Assembly (NCBI GenBank): GCA_009845995.1
Contig: VXYK01000013.1
Location: 2,010 to 66,009 of the forward strand
Direction: 5' to 3'
DNA: 64,000 bases
Source: Acidimicrobiaceae bacterium
Lineage (GTDB): Bacteria > Actinomycetota > Acidimicrobiia > Acidimicrobiales > Aldehydirespiratoraceae
This document shows positions 27,931 to 37,823 of this stretch, piece after piece. How positions within the stretch are numbered: the stretch's first letter is position 1; every line of letters starts with the position of its first letter. Both the position numbers and the translations under genes were made by a program. The notes under the pieces were generated by a model that was given only the letters and a program-made list of their open reading frames with translations, ran no database searches and had not been told where the DNA came from.

Positions 27931-28200
27931 TGTTTTCCCTGGAGGGGGACGGGAATGAAGTTCCCGAGTCTGAAGCATCCGGCCCTGCGCCCAGATGACC
28001 TCGAACCCAGACACAACATTAGTACAAAATCCTCACCTTGTTCAACATTTAAGCAAAGAAACCGCAATGAAAAAGTAAAGAACTGGGGAAAACTACACCT
28101 TGGTTTCATTGAAACATCATGAAACTTATCTAACTGTTCCGCCGACCAACACCGAAAATACTTCACTCGCGTTTCGATAGTCGTCACACAATGCAGCTTC

Positions 28201-28218
28201 GCCCCCATCGTCGGGGGC
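28201..28218 (-). terminator. GC-rich hairpin immediately downstream of the SDR gene (possible tail-less intrinsic terminator)
   Basis: GCCCCC-atcgtc-GGGGGC lies 14 nt after the stop at 28232. There is no U-tract. Confidence 0.35.
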
Positions 28219-28231
28219 CTGAGTGTTGGGC

Positions 28232-29023
28232 CTATGTGTCGAAGAACTCGCCGGCGTTCACCAACATGCGCTGCCCGGTGATCATCCGTGCCCGATCCGA
28301 AGCGAAGAACACCGCCGCTTCGGCCACATCCGCGTCCGTGGGCATCACCCGCAGCGCCATGCCCTGCGCGATTTCGTCTCGTACCTCTTCTGCGGTGATA
28401 CCCCTTTCAGACGCTTGCCACTCGCAGTACATCTGTACGTTGGGCCCCCACATCCAGGTGGGAATGACGGTGTTCACACGGATGCCTTGCGGGCCGAGTT
28501 CCGAGGCCATATTTCGAGCCATAGCGAGCAACGCGGACTTGGCGGCCGCGTAGGCGAACTGCGGGATTGCAGGCACCGGCTTGAGCGACGCTTGCGAACC
28601 GATCAGCACGACCGAGCCACCGTTCTCATTCGCCGCGAGTGCCGACGTGACCGAGCGGACCACATTGACAGCACCCAGCGCGTTGATCTCAAGAACCGTC
28701 CGCAAGCCGTCATCATCGAGGTCGGCGAACGCCCCCATCGTTGCATCCATCGCCGCAACGTTGATCACCGCGTCGAGCCTGCCGAAGCGTTCCACACCAG
28801 CGCTGACAGCAGCTTCCAGCGACTCCAGATCCATCATGTCGGCCCCGGCTACAAGTATCCGTTCACCTGTGGGGTCGAGTTCGGCCGCCGCTGCCTCCAG
28901 TCGCTCCAGATTGCGAGCGACCGCGATCACGTTGGCACCATCGCGCAGTGCCGCCGCAGCACACGACCTGCCGAGTCCGGGCCCAACCCCTACCACCATT
29001 ACTGTCGAGTCTTGAAGAATCAT
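28232..29023 (-). CDS. SDR family oxidoreductase
   Basis: VVGVGPGLGRS cofactor motif and YAAAK (YxxxK) catalytic motif. 263 aa. Confidence 0.9.
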   Translation of the reverse strand: MILQDSTVMVVGVGPGLGRSCAAAALRDGANVIAVARNLERLEAAAAELDPTGERILVAGADMMDLESLEAAVSAGVERFGRLDAVINVAAMDATMGAFADLDDDGLRTVLEINALGAVNVVRSVTSALAANENGGSVVLIGSQASLKPVPAIPQFAYAAAKSALLAMARNMASELGPQGIRVNTVIPTWMWGPNVQMYCEWQASERGITAEEVRDEIAQGMALRVMPTDADVAEAAVFFASDRARMITGQRMLVNAGEFFDT

Positions 29024-29035
29024 TGTTCTGCTCCT

Positions 29036-29839
29036 TTACCAGAGTTGGTCGGTGTAGGTGTCGGTTCCCACGATCGTCGGCAGGAACGGCGCGGCAAATA
29101 CCACTTCACCGAGACCGCTGGCCGTGAGATCGTCGGCGTAGGTATGGAATCGATCCCAGACAGCGGTCGGTTCGTCGTCGAGGAAGAAACACTGCAACTG
29201 GCGATCGGTGGGCCCTGGCGGCATGCCCAGATCCATCGGCGCATGGTCCGTGTCGCCGCTGCCAGAGTCCTGGTAGTGCCAGGACACCATGCTCGCGACC
29301 GGAGAGTCTTTCATCAACGCCGGCAGCGCCTCGTCGTCGAGATGAGCCACCAACTGCGCCTCGCTCACACCCTCCGCCGGGTCGACCGCCACCACTCCGA
29401 GTCCTTTGTAGGGGTGGTCCAAAGCCAACTCGATCGGGACAGGATCATCGTCGCGATAGTGGTAACCAGGGCGTTCCAACAGCACGGTGTGCGCATGAAC
29501 CCGGTTAGGAAAGCCCCGGTTGTTGCTGTAGAGCCACACCACCTGATCCGCGCCCCAGGCGAAGTGTTCCACGTGGCCTCCTTCGAGAACGTAATAGATC
29601 GCCAGATAGGAACCAGCCTCAACTGGACTGGCGACCGGTGTGTCGCCGCGAGGGAAGCGCAGATCCTTCAGTTCTTTGGTCGCAACCCAACGCTTCCCCG
29701 CAAAAAGCTTCGGGCCGATCATGCAACCCGCGTAGAAATGGTCCCGTTCATACCAGCGGTTGTATTCGACTTCGTAGCCCTTTTTGGGGTCGACCATCGT
29801 GAACAACATGGAACCGACTCTGATCGGATAATCGTTCAT
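29036..29839 (-). CDS. Conserved hypothetical protein (267 aa)
   Basis: ATG 29839 is preceded by AGGGAG. It begins MNDYPIRVGSMLFTMVDPKKGYEVEYNRWYERDHF. I cannot name a family with confidence. It is co-directional with, and tightly spaced between, the SDR and MaoC genes. Confidence 0.65.
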   Translation of the reverse strand: MNDYPIRVGSMLFTMVDPKKGYEVEYNRWYERDHFYAGCMIGPKLFAGKRWVATKELKDLRFPRGDTPVASPVEAGSYLAIYYVLEGGHVEHFAWGADQVVWLYSNNRGFPNRVHAHTVLLERPGYHYRDDDPVPIELALDHPYKGLGVVAVDPAEGVSEAQLVAHLDDEALPALMKDSPVASMVSWHYQDSGSGDTDHAPMDLGMPPGPTDRQLQCFFLDDEPTAVWDRFHTYADDLTASGLGEVVFAAPFLPTIVGTDTYTDQLW

Positions 29840-29911
29840 CCCTACTCCCTTTGATCTGGGTGACTCTGTGCTTGGGTGACTCTGGCGTCGTAGTCGCGAA
29901 AGTTCCAGCAA

Positions 29912-30382
29912 TTAGCTATCAAAAACGATCCGGCCGATCCATTCGGCAATCAACGCAGGCTTGGAAACTCCCTCAATCTCGATGGTAATCACGCGGGTGG
30001 TGTTGATCGCCGCGCCTTTCAGCTCCACTTTGCTGATCACGCTGCCGGCTCGAACTCGGCTCCCCGACATGACCGGATTCAAGAACCGCACCCGGTCACA
30101 GCCGTAGTTGATGCCCATCATCACACCGTCGAGCGGTGGGAGGTCCTGATCGATGGAGGTGGTGAGATACGTCAGCATCGACAGCGTCAAGAATCCGTGG
30201 GCAATCGTTCCGCCGAACACGGGCGTAGCGCGCTCAGGATCAACGTGGATGAACTGATGGTCGATGGTGCAATCGGCGAACTGGTTGATCTGTTCCTGGG
30301 TGATCTCAAACCAGTCGCCGTGGCCCTCATCGAAACCCTCTTTGGCTTTGAGAAGTTCGTAGGCGTTTGCTGCATTGCTCAT
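29912..30382 (-). CDS. MaoC-like (R)-specific enoyl-CoA hydratase / hotdog-fold dehydratase
   Basis: 156 aa. The segment DHQFIHVDPERA...GGTIAHGFLTLS is typical of MaoC dehydratases. Confidence 0.85.
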   Translation of the reverse strand: MSNAANAYELLKAKEGFDEGHGDWFEITQEQINQFADCTIDHQFIHVDPERATPVFGGTIAHGFLTLSMLTYLTTSIDQDLPPLDGVMMGINYGCDRVRFLNPVMSGSRVRAGSVISKVELKGAAINTTRVITIEIEGVSKPALIAEWIGRIVFDS

Positions 30383-30493
30383 CAGGGTCTCCCCGGTTGA
30401 TTGTCTGATTCGATTGTCTTGACCGTCGTGACTCTAGAACGAACCCGCGCCGAGCAACACTTCGAGCAGCGCTAGTGCTCATATGCTCAGAGG

Positions 30494-31791
<1,298 letters not shown>

Positions 31792-31795
<4 letters not shown>

Positions 31796-34239
31796 TCGCC
31801 GGTTGCCAGGTCGATCTCCAGCACGCCCTCGGCCACCAGACTCTCGATCTCTGAGTCGTCGAGGCCCAACCATTCCGAAGCGATTTCGCGGGTGTGCTCG
31901 CCGAGCCCCGGAGCCGGGAAGATGTCGGGGGCATCCATGGCTGAGGCATGGAATGCGGCACCCTCGAAGATCATGTTGCCGATCGGGGGTTGATACATGC
32001 GATGCAGGTAACCGCGGGCCTCCAGGTGAGCATCCGTGGATTGCGAACTTGCGGTGTGCATGACCCCCGCGGGAACTCCCCCGGCGAGACAGACGTCGGC
32101 CACTTCCGCGTTGGACATGGTGCCGGTCCACTCCGAGATCTTCTCGTCGACGGTGGCTTCGTTGGCACGGCGCCCCTGCTCGTCGGCAAGCTCCGGACTC
32201 GCGGCCCAGGCCGGTGACCCCATCACCTCGACCAGTGCTTGCCATTCGCGGTCGTTGCGCACACAGATCGCGGCCCAGTCGTCGTTGCCGGCGCACCGGT
32301 ACAGTCCCCAGGGCGAACCGTGGTCGGAATGATTGCCGCGGGGTTGCACTGAACCGGGTACCAGTGATTCCTTCGCCAGCAGATCGCCGATCGTGGACAC
32401 CGCTTGTTCAACCTGGCAAACCTCCACGTGTGCTCCGCCGGTTGCGGAGTTTCGCTGTTGGCCGAGCAGGTGAGCCATCACCGCCACAGCGCAGACTCGA
32501 CCCGCGAGATGATCGGGATAGATCGCTTGGTTTCCTGCTGGTTCGGGGTGGTTCTCATAGTTCCAAAGGTGAGCTAAACCGCCGGTCACCTGGGTATTCG
32601 GACCGTAACCGAACCAGTCGGCCCATAAACCCCGCGATCCCATGAGCTGACTTGAAACCATCACCACATCAGGGTTCTCAGCGGTCATCACGTCGTAGGA
32701 GAGTCCCATACTGTCCATCGTTCCGGTGGAGTTGTTCTCGATGACTACCTCGGCGTCTCGAACCATCTGTCGCAACAGCTCAAGCCCTCGCTCGGTCTTG
32801 GCATTGACACCAAGGCTGCGCTTGGAACGGTTCGACGAAGCGAACGACGGAGACATTTCCCCGCCGAGCACGGCCCGGATGAAGTCGATATAGCTGCGGC
32901 TCTCGATCTTGACGACATCGGCGCCGTACTCGCCGAACATCCGGCCGCATTCCACGCCGACCCCGCCATGCCCGAAGTCCATCACTCGCACGCCCCTCAG
33001 AGGCAGCGCTTTGCCTGTCGGGTGGTCAGCTTCTGACTGTGCCCACTCGCCGGCGATTATGGCAAGTTCCTGGTCGCGCATCTCCGGACCGGTGCCGCAC
33101 CACAGCGAGGCGAACACTTCCCAGGTGTGTTCGCCGACATGGGGAGGGCGTCCCGTGGGGCCACAGCGCTCACCGTCGACCTCGAACCAACCCGAAGGCA
33201 ATTTCATTGTCCGGCCATCGTCGATCGTCACGTGATCGAAGGTATTGCGGCTCTCGAAATGCGGATTGACCAGCACATCGTCGGGTTTCAAGAACGGAGT
33301 GCAGACAATCCCCCGTGCTTGGGCCTGTTCAGACACCTCGGCCATGGTCATGGTCGAGAACAGTTCGGCGTACAGGGGGTTGAGTACTGCATCTGCGATC
33401 ATCAGACGTCCGATGAAAGTGTCGAGTTCGGGATCCTGGAGATAGTCGGGTTCGCCCAACCAGGAGCGGATGGCATGCCACTGGCGCGGGCTGAGCACGA
33501 TCAGGCGGACGAATCCGTCCGCGCACGGAATGATCGTGTAGACGACTCCCGGTCCGGCTCGTTGCTCTGAAGACGGCTGACCGGCATCGGCCGAGCGGCT
33601 CCAGTTCGACAGCGACCAGTCCGTGATCTGGGCCACGCTCTCGTTGACCGACGCGTCGATGACCTGGCCGGCACCTGTGTTCTTGCGCTGCCAAAGAGCA
33701 CACAAGATCCCGAATGCGGTGGTGAAAGAGGCGGTGTCATCTGCGATGTTCCCCGGCGGGAGGATCGGGCCTCCCTCGTGGGTGCCTGCCTTAAAGGCCA
33801 TCCCACCGGTTGCTTCGAGAACCGCGTTGGGTACGTCACGGCCGGCCCAGGGACCGGTTCGGCCATAGGCCGTGATGGAAGCCACGATCAGGTGAGGGTT
33901 TTCTGCCAAGAGTTCGTCCGCGTCGAGTCGGGGATCGATGTGTGTTCCCGGCTCTGCCGAGTCGATCACCACATCGCTCGCATAAATGAGCCCATGAAGC
34001 GAATCGAGGTCGTCATCATCGGAGAAATCGACCACGGCGCTGCGCTTGCCGCAGTTGCGGAAAGTCCAGAACAACGAATGGTCACCGTCGATCGGTGCCA
34101 TTCTGCGTGAGGGCGAACCACCCGGAGGTTCGATCCGGATGACGTCAGCACCCAGATCGCTCAGAATGCGGCCACAAAGTTCGCCGCGTTCAACGGTCAG
34201 GTCGACAACTTGAATCCCGGTAAGTGGACGAAGGACCAC
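31792..34239 (-). CDS. Tandem-fused family III CoA-transferase (two CaiB/BaiF domains, 815 aa)
   Basis: Two copies of the family N-terminal signature: LTGIQVVDLT...LSDLGADVIRIEPPGG and LRGVRVMDFG...FGEYGADVVKIESRSY, each followed by a ~400-aa domain. Confidence 0.85.
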
Positions 34240-34305
34240 ATTCCCCCCTTGAAGCTCAGCGCTGATCGTAGAGCCACCAACGGGACTTACCCAAACGATG
34301 CGTGA

Positions 34306-35490
34306 TCAGCCGCGGGGGAGGTTGAGGATGCGCTCGGCGATGATGTTGCGCTGTATCTCGGAGGAACCGGCTGAGATCGTGCTGCCGAAAGTGGCGAAAT
34401 AGCCTTCGATGAGCCCCAGATCGCTGCGCCTGCCATCGGTGATCGCCAACGACGCCGGGCCGCACCACGCGGCCGCCACCCGACCGAGATCACGCCGCAA
34501 CTCGCTGGCATACATCTTCATGAGTGCCTGCTCAGGGGCGGTACCACCCTTCACGAAGCGGGCGAAACCGCGGTAACCCAGGGCTCGAGCGCACTGCGCT
34601 TCGACATAGAAGCCCACAATGTCGTCGGCTGCGAGCACCTGCTCGCGCTGGTTCAACGGCGCCATGATCTCAGGGGCCATCTCCAGCAGTTGTGCCATCG
34701 CAGACTCCACGCCCATCACCGAGTTGAGCCACACCATCGAGCGCTCATGAGCCAACGAGCCACCCGCCATCTTCCAACCGTCGTTCAGTTCGCCGACGAG
34801 GTTGGATACCGGAACGATCACGTCGTCGAGGAACACCTCGGACAGATCGGGATATTCGGGATGAACAATCTCCTTGAGTGGCCGGATGGTCACCCCTTCG
34901 GTGTCCAACGGCAGCAGCACAATGGAGATGCCGCGATGTTTTGGAGCATCAGGGTCAGTGCGACAGAACAAGAAGCAGAAATCGGCGTAACCAGCCCCCG
35001 AGGTCCAGACTTTCTGCCCGTTGATGACGAAACGGTCACCGTCGAGCAAAGCACGGGTCTTCAAGTTGGCCAGATCGCTTCCGGCGTCGGGTTCGCTCAT
35101 CCCCAGACATGCGGTCAACTCGCCGCGCAGCAACGGCATGGCGTACGCATCGATCTGCTCTGCCGTGCCGTAGTCCACGAGCGACGGGGCGACTATTCCG
35201 AGTCCCTGGGGATTGGTGGTACGGGGCACCTCGGAGCGGTTCAGCTCCTCCAAATAGACGAGCGTCTCGATCGGCGCTGCGTTTCTTCCTCCCAGATGCG
35301 GTGGCCATCCAGGAACCAACCAGCCTCCCTCGAACATCCGCCTGGTCCAGGCTCTGGCCCAACCGGGACTATGCCCGCTTGAACGGGCGGGGTCGTCGGC
35401 CATCTCCTGATCCGATGGACGGTTGAGGTCCAACCATTGTAGAAACTCGGCTCGAAACTCCTCCACGCTCTCGTCGAATCGCAGCTTCAT
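34306..35490 (-). CDS. Acyl-CoA dehydrogenase
   Basis: ATG 35490 overlaps the upstream ACAD stop (ATGA). ACAD middle-domain and C-terminal GSSEIQRNIIAERIL motifs are present. The track ORF to 35670 is an over-extension. Confidence 0.85.
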   Translation of the reverse strand: MKLRFDESVEEFRAEFLQWLDLNRPSDQEMADDPARSSGHSPGWARAWTRRMFEGGWLVPGWPPHLGGRNAAPIETLVYLEELNRSEVPRTTNPQGLGIVAPSLVDYGTAEQIDAYAMPLLRGELTACLGMSEPDAGSDLANLKTRALLDGDRFVINGQKVWTSGAGYADFCFLFCRTDPDAPKHRGISIVLLPLDTEGVTIRPLKEIVHPEYPDLSEVFLDDVIVPVSNLVGELNDGWKMAGGSLAHERSMVWLNSVMGVESAMAQLLEMAPEIMAPLNQREQVLAADDIVGFYVEAQCARALGYRGFARFVKGGTAPEQALMKMYASELRRDLGRVAAAWCGPASLAITDGRRSDLGLIEGYFATFGSTISAGSSEIQRNIIAERILNLPRG

Positions 35491-36626
35491 GACGCCACCA
35501 CCGCGGAGAGACCCAACAGCTCGGCGAGTCTTGTTCGATGCCACGAAGCGGAGCCGCACAAGACATCGCCGACCTTGGCTCGCTTCAATAAGAAGTGAAG
35601 ATCGTTCTCCCAGGTGTACCCGATCCCGCCATGAAGTTGCAGGCCCTCTTCGGCCAGCAGCCTCTGACAATCGCCCGACGACACTTTGGCGACATGGCTC
35701 GCCTCGCTGCGACGGGCATCGTCCTCGGCAATGGCCAGTGCCGCGAAATAGCAGATGGCATTGGCTTTCTCGACCGCCAGGTACATGTCCGCAAAACGAT
35801 GTTTCAACGCTTGGAACGAGCCGATGACGCGATCGTACTGTTCACGCACCTTGGCGTACTCCAGCGTGACCTCGAAGATCCTGCGGCAGGCGCCGACCGT
35901 GTGCAGAGCCATCGCCACGACAGCTTGCTCTGCGGCCCGTGCAATTTCAGTGCCCGCATCCCCCGCAGACAGCACCGTGGCCGGCGCCGCGTCAAACCTC
36001 ACGTCCGCCAAACCAAGTGCCGGATCAATGACCGGCGGTGTGGTTGCCTCGGCATCGGCTCTCTTGACCAGAAACGCCCCGAGGTGGTGGCTTTGCTCAC
36101 TGCCCGGTAGACGGGCCACAACAACGAACGAGTCGACTTCAGAACCGGCGAGCACAGCTGTCTTTTCTCCGGTCACGGTCAGCGAGTCGCCCTCGCCAGA
36201 AGCGGTGGCGTTGATCGAACCGGGCGACCAGCGCCCGTTCTCAGCAAACGCCAGCGAACCCGTACGGGTCCCCGCGACAACATCCGCCAACAAGTCACCG
36301 ATCTCTGTGCTCGGGGCGCTGCGGTGTACCTCGACAAGCAGCGGCGCGAACTGGGTGACGGTGGCGAGCAGAGGAGTCGGCGCGCTGACCCTGCCCAGTT
36401 CCTCCGCGAGGATGCCCAACTCGACAAACCCCATGCCGAGACCCCCGAACTGTTCGGGAACGCACAAAGCAGGCCAGCCAAGCTCAACCATCTGCTTCCA
36501 CAGAGCACTGGCGTCATCGGTGCCCTCATAGACACCGCGAACTACCGAAGCGGGACACTCACGGGCAAGCACCGCACGAACATTGTCCCTCAGATCAATC
36601 TGGTCGTCGCTCAGTTCCAGGTCCAC
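35487..36626 (-). CDS. Acyl-CoA dehydrogenase
   Basis: MDLELSDDQIDLRDNVR N-terminus and the C-terminal LQLHGGIGYTWENDLHFLLKRAK motif, typical of actinobacterial FadE proteins. Confidence 0.85.
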   Translation of the reverse strand: MDLELSDDQIDLRDNVRAVLARECPASVVRGVYEGTDDASALWKQMVELGWPALCVPEQFGGLGMGFVELGILAEELGRVSAPTPLLATVTQFAPLLVEVHRSAPSTEIGDLLADVVAGTRTGSLAFAENGRWSPGSINATASGEGDSLTVTGEKTAVLAGSEVDSFVVVARLPGSEQSHHLGAFLVKRADAEATTPPVIDPALGLADVRFDAAPATVLSAGDAGTEIARAAEQAVVAMALHTVGACRRIFEVTLEYAKVREQYDRVIGSFQALKHRFADMYLAVEKANAICYFAALAIAEDDARRSEASHVAKVSSGDCQRLLAEEGLQLHGGIGYTWENDLHFLLKRAKVGDVLCGSASWHRTRLAELLGLSAVVAS

Positions 36627-36629
36627 GGA

Positions 36630-37823
36630 TCAACCGAGTTCGGTGCCGTAGATGCCGACGAAACTGACCATCTCGCCGGGGTAACCCCCCAAGTTGTGGG
36701 TCAACCCGAGGGTCCGGTCACCAGCGGTGATCTTGCGATCATCGGGGGCAGCGCCACGCAGTTGCAGCCAAACCTCATAGAGCATGCGGAGGCCCGATGC
36801 CCCCACCGGATGACCGAAGGACTTGAGGCCGCCGTCGGTGTTGACCGGGAGCCGCCCATCCAGCGCGAAGGCGCCGTCGAGCACATCACGATAGGCCTCA
36901 CCCCGGTCGGAGAAACCAAGGTCTTCCATCAACACCAGTTCGGTCGGAGTGAAGCAGTCATGCACCTCAGCCATGGCGATCTCGGTCCTCGGATCGGTCA
37001 CACCGGCCTGCGAATACGCATCGTCGGCTGCCCATTTCGACTCGTTGAGCGTGGTGTAGTCGTAGTCGGGATCGAGCGACCCGGCGCCGGTGCCGGCAAC
37101 ACACGAGAGAGCCTTGATGTACAACGGGTCGTCGCAATATTTGTGGGCGTCTTCGGCTCGGCACATGATCGCTCCCGCAGCTCCGTCCGCCACGCCCGCG
37201 CAGTCGAACACCGACAACCTTCCCGCTACTGCGGCCATTCGGCAGATCTGTTCCGCGGACGTCTCGCGCCGGAACTGCGCCAACGGGTTGCGGGCGCCGT
37301 TGTAGTGGTTCTTTTCGGCGATCTTGGCTACGGCGTAACGAAGATCGTCTTCATCAATGGAGTACTTGGCCGCGTAGGCGGGAAGTATCAAGCTGAACAT
37401 CGCCGCCGCGGTGAGGGTTCGCTGCGTGCCGTCAGTCGGAATCGGGAATGCGTTGAGGCCCTGGTAGCCGCCGTCCTTGACTTTTTCGGCACCCAAGGTC
37501 ATCGCCAGGTCATACGCTCCTGAGGCCACTGCGTAGGCGGCCTGGCGCATCGCCTCAGACCCGGTCGCGCAGTAGTTCTCCACACGGGTGATCGGCTTGC
37601 CGTGGATCTTGAGCGGGCCGCCCATGGCCAAGCCGGAGGCCGCCGACTGGGACGTTCCGAACCAGAAAGCGTCGATGTCGTCTTGGGTAACTCCCGCGGA
37701 GGCATAGGTCGCTTGTGCCCCGTCGATGATCAGGTCGTCGAGCGAGGAATCCCAATGCTCGGCGAAGGGCGTGCAGCCCACGCCGATGATCGCCACCTGG
37801 TCCTTGATTCCGCGTGATCCCAT
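36630..37823 (-). CDS. SCPx-type thiolase / lipid-transfer protein-like acetyl-CoA acyltransferase
   Basis: VAIIGVGCTPF N-terminus, nucleophile region VENYCATGSEAMRQA, C-terminal GLTHNLGG. ATG 37823 overlaps the upstream stop by 1 nt. Confidence 0.85.
   Translation of the reverse strand: MGSRGIKDQVAIIGVGCTPFAEHWDSSLDDLIIDGAQATYASAGVTQDDIDAFWFGTSQSAASGLAMGGPLKIHGKPITRVENYCATGSEAMRQAAYAVASGAYDLAMTLGAEKVKDGGYQGLNAFPIPTDGTQRTLTAAAMFSLILPAYAAKYSIDEDDLRYAVAKIAEKNHYNGARNPLAQFRRETSAEQICRMAAVAGRLSVFDCAGVADGAAGAIMCRAEDAHKYCDDPLYIKALSCVAGTGAGSLDPDYDYTTLNESKWAADDAYSQAGVTDPRTEIAMAEVHDCFTPTELVLMEDLGFSDRGEAYRDVLDGAFALDGRLPVNTDGGLKSFGHPVGASGLRMLYEVWLQLRGAAPDDRKITAGDRTLGLTHNLGGYPGEMVSFVGIYGTELG

Noticed and set aside
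27906-28208. 100-aa (-) and 69-aa (+, 27913-28122) ORFs inside the AT-rich spacer.
   Set aside because: Their composition is atypical for this genome's proteins (Cys/Phe/Lys-rich). They have no RBS and no motifs. I treat the region as non-coding or regulatory.
28223-29854. 543-aa plus-strand ORF, the longest unexplained ORF in the track. Similar long ORFs occur at 25928-27172 (+), 61107-62372 (+), 36324-37523 (+), 934-1854 (+), 15946-16761 (-), 12088-12966 (-) and 22496-23074 (-).
   Set aside because: All lie antisense to ORFs with clear family motifs (SDR, amidohydrolase, PsuG, thiolase, MBL and so on). Their translations are Arg/Gly/His/Pro-rich with no recognisable motifs. They are typical shadow ORFs of high-GC DNA.
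34306-35670. Over-extended 5' ends of track ORFs: ACAD to 35670, plus 9948, 14793, 16039, 21200, 8787, 59270, 29911, 37871 and 48701.
   Set aside because: In each case an internal ATG or GTG gives a canonical family N-terminus, an RBS-like purine tract, and/or a 1-8 nt overlap with the preceding gene. The extensions overlap neighbouring genes.
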